Assembly (NCBI GenBank): GCA_964016885.1
Contig: OZ024742.1
Coordinates: forward strand, 371,876,001-371,940,000
Reading direction: 5' to 3'
DNA: 64,000 nucleotides
DNA from: Eledone cirrhosa
Lineage: Eukaryota
Shown: positions 54,442-64,000 of the stretch, in pieces
How the letters are laid out: each line of letters begins with the position of its first letter
How positions within the stretch are numbered: position 1 is the stretch's first letter
The notes under the pieces: model-generated
The model's input: only the letters and a program-made list of their open reading frames with translations
Told to the model about the DNA's origin: nothing
Databases searched by the model: none
Made by a program: the position numbers and the translations under genes

Positions 54442-54623
54442 TTATACATGGCAAAAAAAGTACATTACTAGAAAACCCATATGTTATAAAATAAATAGAA
54501 TGGGTTGGGGTCTCAATATGTAAACTAAACAACTAATTCTGGATTTAAAAAATAACTAGAAAAATTACCGATTTTCCAACTTCTCTGCTTATTGCAACCT
54601 CCCTATTATTTGGGACCCAAGAG
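54442..54623. mobile_element. Right half of the TA-flanked MITE
   Basis: Ends with CCCTATTATTTGGGACCCAAGAG|TA, inverted partner of 42479-42497. Confidence 0.6.
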
Positions 54624-55052
54624 TACAGAGAAATCTCTGGGTGGGACTTGGGTTGTCATTTCTCCATCACATCTAGTCACCTCACCCGTTATACATACAT
54701 TACGTAATATGTTATACATACATTACATAATATTGGTCATATACTCAAGACATGCAGTTTTATGTTTGTCCCCCGCCCCATGCACACATGTATTGCCACA
54801 TACCCATGACATCATACTTATCTTTCCCATCTCGCCCCCCCCCCCCCCCCCCAAAAAAAAAGGGGCTGAGAGGACCCTTCAATCATGACACAACAACTTC
54901 TTAAGTGTTGGTGCCACAAAAGTACTGTTTTGTATTTGTCAAAAGGTTTTACTAATGCCGTATAGAATGTTAAGAATTAATTCAGGTTTCTTTGATCTTC
55001 ACTGGCCTGCAGCTAAAACAACTATAATTTGTTGACAATACTTAAACCCTTT

Positions 55053-55361
55053 GGTCGGATGCCATGCTTTGACATATAGAGTTACGGCCCTTGCCTTTCT
55101 GAGTTCAAATCCCGCCAAGGTTAACTTTGCCTTTCATCCTTATGGAGTCGATAAAATAAAGTACCAGTAATGTACTGGATAATTGCTGGCCTTGTGCCAA
55201 AAGTAGAAACCATTATTTCTGAGTTCAATTCCCGCTGAGGTTAACTTTGCCTTTCATCCTTATGGGGTTGATAAAATAAAGCACCAGTAATGTACTGGGT
55301 CGATTTAATTGACTTTCCCCTTCCCTAAAATTATTGGCATTGTGCCTAAAGTAGAAACAAT
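55053..55361 (+). mobile_element. Two tandem 5'-truncated family-B SINE copies
   Basis: Two successive TCTGAGTTCAA(A/T)TCCCGC..AGGTTAACTTTGCCTTTCATCCTTATGG..AAAGTAGAAAC blocks (~55053-55216 and ~55217-55361). Confidence 0.85.
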
Positions 55362-55363
55362 AA

Positions 55364-56096
55364 TCTAAACTATAATAAAGTAAGTAGATCGGGACTGCGT
55401 CCAGAATATATTTTTTTATCACATTTGTAAAATAAGTTGGATTACTTTGTATAAATAATTGTTTCTACTTTTGGCACAAGGCCAGCAATTATCCAGTACA
55501 TTACTGGTACTTTATTTTATCGACCCCATAAGGATGAAAGGCAAAGTTAACCTCGGCGGGATTAACTTTGCCTTTCATCCTTATGGGGTCGATAAAATAA
55601 AGTACCAGTAATGTACTGGATAATTGCTGGCCTTGTGCCAAAAGTAGAAACAATTATTTATACAAAGTAATCCAACTTATTTTACAAATGTGATAGTATA
55701 AATAATGAATGAATATTACATAATTTATCTACTAAATGTTGTTATTCTTGATTAAATATAAATAATTTGGTTCTTATTTTAAGATTCACTTCTTTAAAAT
55801 TTTCAAATGTGAGCACTTCCGTTTAGCGATTGCTTAAATAAACATTCATATATTTCCGTCAGTAATTTTCTCCTAATGCAGTTTATATCTAATATCGTCT
55901 TTTTTTAATGTATCATGGATTACGTTACTGATTACATAAGACAGTGTAACACAGTCTTCGTTCAATTTCTGTGTATATTGTCAATTACGATTTATTTGAT
56001 GTATCATATCTACATGTATATATACTTGCGTATAATATCAATATACACACTACACATACTAGTAGAAAACCACCCGAAGGGTAGTTTTTCTTCTAG
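55364..56096 (+). mobile_element. Non-autonomous Helitron (733 bp), related to the large element
   Basis: A|TCTAAACTATAATAAAG start, subterminal hairpin AACCACCC-GAA-GGGTAGTT and CTAG|T end. The 5' part is homologous to 54165-54441 and the 3' part to 42648-42880, both inverted. Confidence 0.88.
55417..55695. repeat. Perfect palindrome, 134-bp arms with 11-nt spacer
   Basis: 55417-55550 is the exact reverse complement of 55562-55695. Spacer CCTCGGCGGGA. Confidence 0.95.
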
Positions 56097-56179
56097 TATT
56101 TATAATAAAGTAAGAAAATATCCTGCCTATAATTTTCAAATTATTTTGAAAGAAATCAAGAAGTTGGGGAGATTTAGTA

Positions 56180-56752
56180 ATCATCATCATCACCGTTTAA
56201 CATCCATTTCTCCATGTAGAATGGGTTAGATGAGTTGTCTCGTTGTGAGACAAGCCAGGTCAGATGACAGTGTCTTGCTTATACAGAATTTATTTTTGGC
56301 TTGGTTTCTATAGCTGGATGCTCTTCTTAATGCCAACTACATTTACTGTGTGTACGGGGTGCTTTTTGTCGTGACACCTCCACAACCACTTTACAGTGTG
56401 TACTGGGTGTCTTTTGTCATGACACCTCCCCGACCACTTTACAGTGTGTACTGAGTGTCTTTTGTCATGACACCTCCACGACCACTTTACAGTGTGTACT
56501 GGGTGTCTTTTGTCGTGATACCTACACAACCACTTTACAGTGTGTACTGGGTGTCTTTTGTCATGACACCTCCACAACCACTTTACAGTTTGGGCTGGGT
56601 GTCTTTTGTCATGATACCTCCCCGACCACTTTACAGTGTGTACTGGGTGTCTTTTGTCATGACACCTCCACGACCACTTTAGAGTGTGTACTGGGTGTCT
56701 TTTGTCATGACACCTCCACAACCACTTTACAGTTTGGGCTGGGCACTTTTTT
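56180..56752 (-). mobile_element. 5'-truncated family-A-related SINE 3' part with 48-bp minisatellite (~8 copies, 56343-56745)
   Basis: (CAT)n tail with CGTTTAACATCCATTT and GCTGGATGCTCTTC. Repeats of CCACTTTACAGTGTGTACTGGGTGTCTTTTGTCATGACACCTCCACRA with a 48-bp period. Confidence 0.85.
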
Positions 56753-56817
56753 CTCGTGTAATATAACTAACTTTCTCATTATTTGTCTGGTATTTAGAAC
56801 ATGATTTAACCCAGTGA

Positions 56818-56910
56818 AGGTGCATGGCCTAGTGGTTAGGGTGTTTGTGTTGTGATTATAAGGTCGTAAGTTTGATTCCTGGACAGTGTGGAACGTTGTA
56901 TTTCAATTTG
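56818..56910 (+). mobile_element. Single degraded SINE tRNA-like head, monomer homolog of the 70-bp satellite unit
   Basis: GCATGGCCTAGTGGTTAGGGTGTTTG...ATTATAAGGTCGTAAGTTTGATTCCTGGAC aligns with GCATGGCCCATTGGTTAGTGTGTTGG...ATTACAAGGTTGTGGGTTCAATTTCTAGAC. Confidence 0.75.
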
Positions 56911-57035
56911 CTTCTTTTGCCAGTCAGATAGTATCAACAATGGAATGACTAATACCTTCATTCACTTCTTTAAGGTTCTTAAATGAAATTAAGATGACAG
57001 TTTTTTAAAATAAATACATAGATGTTAAAATACAC

Positions 57036-60000
57036 TTTTGTATCAGAACCAGGGGTGGTATCTAGCAGTTTTGTGTCAGAACCAGAGGTGGTATCCAGTT
57101 TTGTGTCAGAACCAGGGGTTGTATCTAAAAGTTTTGTGTCAGAACCAGGGGTGGTATCAAGCAGTTTTGTATCAGAACCAGGGGTGGTATCTAGAAGTTT
57201 TGTATCAGAACCAGGGGTGGTATACAGTTTTGTGTCAGAACCAGGGGTAGTATATAGTAGTTTTGTGTCAGAACCAGTAGTGGTATACAGTTTTGTGTCA
57301 GAACCAAGGGTGGTATCAAGCAGTTTTGTATCAGAACCAGGGGTGGTATCTAGAAGTTTTGTATCAGAACAAGGGGTGGTATACAGTTTTGTGTCAGAAC
57401 TAGGGGTGGTATCAAGCAGTTTTGTATCAGAACCAGGGGTGGTATCTAGCAGTTTTGTATCAGAACCAGGGATGGTATCTAGCAGTTTTGTATCAGAACC
57501 AGGGGTGGTATCTAGCAGTTTTGTATCAGAACCAGGGCTGGTATCAAGCAGTTTTGTGTCAGAACCAGGGGTGGTATACAGTTTTGTGTCAGAACCAGGG
57601 GTGGTATCTAGCAGTTTTGTGTCAGAACCAGGGGTGGTATCTAGCAGTTTCGTATCAGAACCAGGGGTGGTATCTAGCAGTTTTGTGTCAGATCCAGGTG
57701 TGTTATCAAGCAGTTTTGTGTCAGGACCAAGGGTGGTATCTAGAGGTTTTGTGTCAGAACCAGGGGTGGTATCTAGAGGTTTTGTGTCAGAACCAGGGAT
57801 GGTATCTAGAGGTTTTGTGTCAGAACCAGGGGTGGTATCCAGATTTGTATCAGAAGCAGGGGTGGTGTCTAGCAGTTTTGCATCAGAACCAGGGGTGGTA
57901 TCTAGCAGTTTTGCATCAGAACCAGGGGTGGTATGAAGCAGTTTTGTGTCAGAACCAGGAGTGGTATCTAGCAGTTTTGTGTCAGAACCAGGGGTGGTAT
58001 CCAGTTTTGAGTCAGAACCAGGGGTGGTATCTGAGAGTTTTGTGTCAGAGCCAGGGGTGGTATCTAGCAGTTTTGTGTCAACCAGGGGTGGTATCTAGCA
58101 GTTTTGTGTCAGAACCAAGGGTGTTGTCAAGCTGTTTTTTGTCAGAACCAGGGGTGGTGTCTAGCAGTTTTGTGTCAGAACCAGGGGTGGTATCTAGCAG
58201 TTTTGTATCAGAACCAGGGGTGGTGTCAAGCAGTTTTGTATCAGAACCAGGGGTGGTATATAGCAGTTTTGTATCAGAACCAGGGGTGGTATCTAGCAGT
58301 TTTGTATCAGAACCAGGGGTGGTTTCTAGCAGTTTTGTATCAGAACCAGGGGTGGTATCTAGCAGTTTTGTGTCAGAACCAAGGGTGTTATCAAGCTGTT
58401 TTTTGTCAGAACCAAGGGTGTTATCAAGCTGTTTTTTGTCAGAACCAGGGTTGGTATCTAGCAGTTTTGTGTCAGAACCAGGGGTGGTATCTAGCAGTTT
58501 TGTATCAGAACCAGGGGTGGTGTCAAGCAGTTTTGTATCAGAACCAGGGGTGGTATATAGCAGTTTTGTATCAGAACCAGGGGTGGTATCTAGCAGTTTT
58601 GTATCAGAACCAGGGGTGGTATCTAGCAGTTTTGTATCAGAACCAGGGGTGGTATCTAGCAGTTTTGTGTCAGAACCAGGGGTGGTATCTAGCAGTTTTG
58701 TGTCAGAACCAGGGGTGGTATCTAGCAGTTTTGTGTCAGAACCAGGGGTGGTATCTAGCAGTTTTGTATCAGAAAAAGGGGTGGTATCTAGCAGTTTTGC
58801 ATCAGAACCAGGGGTGGTATCCAGTTTTGTGTCAGAACCATGGGTGGTATTTAGCAGTTTTGTGTCAGAACCATGGGTGGTATCTAGCAGTTGTGTGTCA
58901 GAACCTGGGGTGGTATCTAGCAGTTTTGTGTCAGAACCTGGGGTGGTATCCAGTTTTGTGTCAGAACCAGGGCTGGTATCTGAAAGTTTTGTGTCAGAAC
59001 CAGGGGCGGTATCCAGTTTTGTGTCAGAACCAGGGGTGGTATCTTAAAGTTTTGTCAGAACCAGGGGTCGTATCAAGCAGTTTTGTATCAGAACCAGGGG
59101 TGGTATCCAGTTTTGTGTCAGAACCAGGGGTGGTATCTAGCGGTTTTGTATCAGAACCAGGGGTGGTATCCAGTTTTGTGTCAGAACCAGGGGTGGTATC
59201 CAGTTTTGTGTCAGAACCAGGGGTGGTATCTAGCAGTTTTGTATCAGAACCAGGGGTGGTATCTAGCAGTTTAGTGTCAGAACCAGGGGTGGTATGTAGC
59301 AGTTTTGTGTCAGAACAAGTGGTGGTATCAAGCAGTTTTGTGTCAGAACCAGGAGTAGTATCAAGCAGTTTTGTGTCAGAACCAGGGGTGGTATCTAACA
59401 GTTTTGTGTCAGAACCAGGGGTGGTATCTAGCAGTTTTATATCAGAACCAGGGGTGGTATGTAGCAGTTTTGCATTAGAACCAGGGGTGGTATCAAGCCG
59501 TTTTGTGCCAGAACCAGGGGTGGTATCTAGCAGTTTTGTGTCAGAACCAGGGGTGGTATCAAGTAGTTTTGTCTCAGAACCAGGGGTGGTATCCAGTTTT
59601 GTGTCAGAACCAGGGGTGGTATCTGAGAGTTTTGTGTCAGAACCAAGGGTGGTATCTAGCGTTTTGTGTCAGAACCAGGGGTGGTAACTAGAAGTTTTGT
59701 ATCAGAACCAGGGGTGGTATCTGAGAGTTTTGTGTCAGAACCAGGGGTGGTATCTAGCAGTTTTGTGTCAGAACCAGGGGTGGTATCTGAAAGTTTTGTC
59801 AGAACCACAGGTGGTATATAGTTTTGTATCAGAACCAGGGGTGGTATCTAGCAATTTCGTATCAGAACCAGAGGTGGTGTCAAGCAGTTTTGTATCACAG
59901 ACCATGGGTGGTATCTAACAGTTTTGTGTCAGAACCAGGGGTAGTATCAAGCAGTTTTGTGTCAGAACCAGGAGTGCTATCTAGCAGTTTTGTATCAGAA

Positions 60001-63000
60001 CCAGTGCTGGTATCCAGGAGTTTTATATCAGGACCAGGGGTGGGATGTAGCAGTTTTGTGTCAGAACCAGGGGTGGTATCAAGCAGTTTTGCATCAGAAA
60101 CAGGGGTGGTATCTAGCAGTTTTGTGTCAGAACCAGGGGTGGTATCAAGCAGTTTTGTGTCAGAACCAGGGGTGGTATCTGAGAGTTTTGTGTCAGAACC
60201 AGGGGTGGTATCTAGCAGTTTTGTATCAGAACCAGGGCTGGTATCTAGCGTTTTGTGTCAGAACCAGGGGTGGTAACTAGAAGTTTTGTATCAGAACCAG
60301 GGGTGGTATCTAGCAGTTTTGTTTCAGAACCAGGGTTGGTATCTGAAAGTTTTGTCAAAACCAGGGGTGGTATACAGTTTTGTGTCAGAACCAGGGGTGG
60401 TATCTAGCAGTTTCGTATCAGAACCAGGGGTGGTGTCAAGCAGTTTTGTATCACAGACCAGGGGTGGTATCTAACAGTTTTGTGTCAGAACCAGGGGTGG
60501 TATCTAGCAGTTTTGTATCAGAACCAGGGGTGGTATACAGTTTTGTGTCAGAACCAGGAGTGGTATCAAGCTGTTTTGTGTTAGAACCAGGGGTGGTATC
60601 TCGTAGTTTTGTATCAGAACCAGTGCTGGTCTCTAGCAGTTTTATATCAGAACCAGGGGTGTTATGTAGCAGTTTTGCATTAGAACCAGGGGTGGTATCA
60701 AGCTGTTTTGTGTCAGAAGCAGGGATGCTATCTAGCAGTTTTGTGTCAGAACCAGGGGTGGTATCTAGAAGTTTTATATCAGAACCAGGGGTGGTATCTA
60801 GCAGTTCTGCATTAGAACCAGGGGTGGTATCAAGCAGTTTTGTGTCAGAACCAGGGGTGGTATCAAGCAGTTTTCCATCAGAAACAGAGGTGGTATCTAG
60901 CAGTTTTGTGTCAGAACCAGGGGTGGTATCTACCAGTTTTGTATCAACCAGGTCTGGTATCTAGCAGTTTTGTATCAGAACCAGGGGTGGTTTCCAGTTT
61001 TGTGTCAGAAGCAGGAGTGGTGTCTAACAGTTTTGCATCAGAACCAGGGGTTGTATCTAGCAGTTTTGCATCAGAACCAGGGGTGGTATCTAGCAGTTTT
61101 GTGTTAGAACCAGGCGTGGTATCTAGCAGATTTGTGCCAGAACCAGGGGTGCTATCTAGCAGTTTTGTGTCAGAACCAGGGGTGGTATCAAGCAGTTTTG
61201 TGTCAGAACCAGGGGTCGTATCCAGTTTTGTGTCAGAACCAGGGGTGGTATCTGAGAGTTTTGTGTCAAAACCAGGGGTGGTATCTAGCAGTTTTGTATC
61301 AGAACCAGGGCTGGTATCTAGCAATTTTGTGTGTCAGAACCAGGGGTGGTATATGAAAGTTTTGTCAGAACCAGGGGTGGTATACAGTTTTGTGTCAGAA
61401 CCAGGGGTGGTATCTAGCAGTTTCGTATCAGAACCAGGGGTGGTGTAAAGCAGTTTTGTATCACAGACCAGGGGTGGTATCTAACAGTTTTGTGTCAGAA
61501 CCAGTGATGGTATCAAGCAGTTTTGTGTCAGAACCAGGGGTGATATACAGTTTTGTGTCAGAACCAGGGATGGTATCTAGCAGTTTTGTATCAGAACCAG
61601 GCATGGTATACAGTTTTGAGTCAGAACCAGGGGTGGTATCTAGCAGTTTTGTGTCAGAACAAGTGGTGGTATCAAGCAGTTTTGTGTCAGAACCAGGAGT
61701 AGTATCAAGCAGTTTTGTGTCAGAACCAGGGGTGGTATCTAGCAGTTTTGTGTCAGAACCAGGGGTGGTATCAAGTAGTTTTGTCTCAGAACCAGGGGTG
61801 GTATCCAGTTTTGTGTCAGAACCAGGGGTGGTATCTGAGAGTTTTGTGTCAGAACCAGGGGTGGTATCTAGCGTTTTGTGTCAGAACCAGGGGTGGTAAC
61901 TAGAAGTTTTGTATCAGAACCAGGGGTGGTATCTGAGAGTTTTGTGTCAGAACCAGGGGTGGTATCTAGCAGTTTTGTGTCAGAACCATGGGTGGTATCT
62001 GAAAGTTTTGTCAGAACCACAGGTGGTATATAGTTTTGTATCAGAACCAGGGGTGGTATCTAGCAATTTCGTATCAGAACCAGAGGTGGTGTCAAGCAGT
62101 TTTGTATCACAGACCATGGGTGGTATCTAACAGTTTTGTGTCAGAACCAGGGGTAGTATCAAGCAGTTTTGTGTCAGAACCAGGGGTGCTATCTAGCAGT
62201 TTTGTATCAGAACCAGTGCTGGTATCCAGGAGTTTTATATCAGGACCAGGGGTGGGATGTAGCAGTTTTGTGTCAGAACCAGGGGTGGTATCAAGCAGTT
62301 TTGCATCAGAAACAGGGGTGGTATCTAGCAGTTTTGTGTCAGAACCAGGGGTGGTATCAAGCAGTTTTGTGTCAGAACCAGGGGTGGTATCTGAGAGTTT
62401 TGTGTCAGAACCAGGGGTGGTATCTAGCGTTTTGTGTCAGAACCAGGGGTGGTAACTAGAAGTTTTGTATCAGAACCAGGGGTGGTATCTGAGAGTTTTG
62501 TGTCAGAACCAGGGGTGGTATCTAGCAGTTTTGTGTCAGAACCAGGGGTGGTATCTGAAAGTTTTGTCAGAACCACAGGTGGTATATAGTTTTGTATCAG
62601 AACCAGGGGTGGTATCTAGCAATTTTGTATCAGAACCAGAGGTGGTGTCAAGCAGTTTTGTATCACAGACCATGGGTGGTATCTAACAGTTTTGTGTCAG
62701 AACCAGGGGTAGTATCAAGCAGTTTTGTGTCAGAACCAGGGGTGCTATCTAGCAGTTTTGTATCAGAACCAGTGCTGGTATCCAGGAGTTTTATATCAGG
62801 ACCAGGGGTGGGATGTAGCAGTTTTGTGTCAGAACCAGGGGTGGTATCAAGCAGTTTTGCATCAGAAACAGGGGTGGTATCTAGCAGTTTTGTGTCAGAA
62901 CCAGGGGTGGTATCAAGCAGTTTTGTGTCAGAACCAGGGGTGGTATCTGAGAGTTTTGTGTCAGAACCAGGGGTGGTATCTAGCAGTTTTGTATCAGAAC

Positions 63001-64000
63001 CAGGGCTGTTATCTAGCGTTTTGTGTCAGAACCAGGGGTGGTAACTAGAAGTTTTGTATCAGAACCAGGGGTGGTATCTAGCAGTTTTGTTTCAGAACCA
63101 GGGTTGGTATCTGAAAGTTTTGTCAAAACCAAGGGTGGTATACAGTTTTGTGTCAGAACCAGGGGTGGTATCTAGCAGTTTTGTATCAGAACCAGGGGTG
63201 GTGTCAAGCAGTTTTGTATCACAGACCAGGGGTGGTATCTAACAGTTTTGTGTCAGAACCAGGGGTGGTATCTAGCAGTTTTGTATCAGAACCAGGGGTG
63301 GTATACAGTTTTGTGTCAGAACCAGGAGTGGTATCAAGCTGTTTTGTGTCAGAACCAGGCGTGGTATCTAGCAGTTTTGTATCAGAACCAGTGCTGGTCT
63401 CTAGCAGTTTTATATCAGAACCAGGGGTGTTATGTAGCAGTTTTGCATTAGAACCAGGGGTGGTATCAAGCTGTTTTGTGTCAGAAGCAGGGATGCTATC
63501 TAGCAGTTTTGTGTCAGAACCAGGGGTGGTATCTAGAAGTTTTATATCAGAACCAGGGGTGGTATCTAGCAGTTCTGCATTAGAACCAGGGGTGGTATCA
63601 AGCAGTTTTGTGTCAGAACCAGGGGTGGTGTCAAGCAGTTTTGCATCAGAAACAGAGGTGGTATCTAGCAGTTTTGTGTCAGAACCAGGGGTGGTATCTA
63701 CCAGTTTTGTATCAACCAGGTCTGGTATCTAGCAGTTTTGTATCAGAACCAGGGGTGGTTTCCAGTTTTGTGTCAGAAGCAGGGGTGGTGTCTAACAGTT
63801 TTGCATCAGAACCAGGGGTTGTATCTAGCAGTTTTGCATCAGAACCAGGGGTGGTATCTAGCAGTTTTGTGTTAGAACCAGGCGTGGTATCTAGCAGATT
63901 TGTGCCAGAACCAGGGGTGCTATCTAGCAGTTTTGTGTCAGAACCAGGGGTGGTATCAAGCAGTTTTGTGTCAGAACCAGGGGTCGTATCCAGTTTTGTG
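57036..64000. repeat. 33-bp (with 30-bp variants) satellite, ~210 units, continues past window end
   Basis: Unit TTTTGTGTCAGAACCAGGGGTGGTATCTAGCAG. More diverged than the other arrays, with frame-breaking indels and higher-order duplications. Confidence 0.96.

Noticed and set aside
42627-56229. Homologous small ORFs (MDYFTDY at 42627-42881 and MDYVTDY at 55915-56229) as a gene family
   Set aside because: They reflect shared non-coding Helitron 3' ends, and the frames diverge through indels.
56308-56721. WRCHDKRHPVHTVK repeat protein (also the ORFs at 38957-39312)
   Set aside because: Translation of the SINE-internal 48-bp minisatellite.
57022-63732. SEPGVV / CQNQGWY repeat-protein genes
   Set aside because: Frequent frameshifts and stops, no clear splice structure; satellite DNA.
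57036-64000. Common origin of the 33-bp and 70-bp units (AGAACCAG versus TAGACCAG, shared TCTAG)
   Set aside because: The similarity is too short to exceed chance.

Overview
Eukaryotic, repeat-dominated window. The SINE, RTE and microsatellite content suggests an invertebrate, probably a cephalopod (inference). About 80% is tandem repeat, and most arrays trace to pieces of transposable elements in the same window. Bases 1-37269 hold ~530 head-to-tail 70-bp units, each a tRNA-derived SINE head (A-box and B-box-like), running into one SINE body and tail. A 26-bp array (39.3-41.6 kb) is the amplified A-box end of a second SINE copy. 48-50-bp arrays lie inside SINE bodies. A 45-bp array (~100 copies) expanded in frame inside a Helitron Rep ORF. 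A 33/30-bp satellite fills 57-64 kb. The middle holds a nested stack: RTE relic > TA-flanked MITE > decayed full-length Helitron (42648-54441, minus) > RTE RT fragment, palindrome, SINE and DD37D transposon. A non-autonomous relative of the Helitron (55364-56096) carries a perfect 134-bp-arm palindrome. One probable host coding exon lies at 38279-38705. No intact gene, CRISPR array or true tRNA/rRNA gene is supported.
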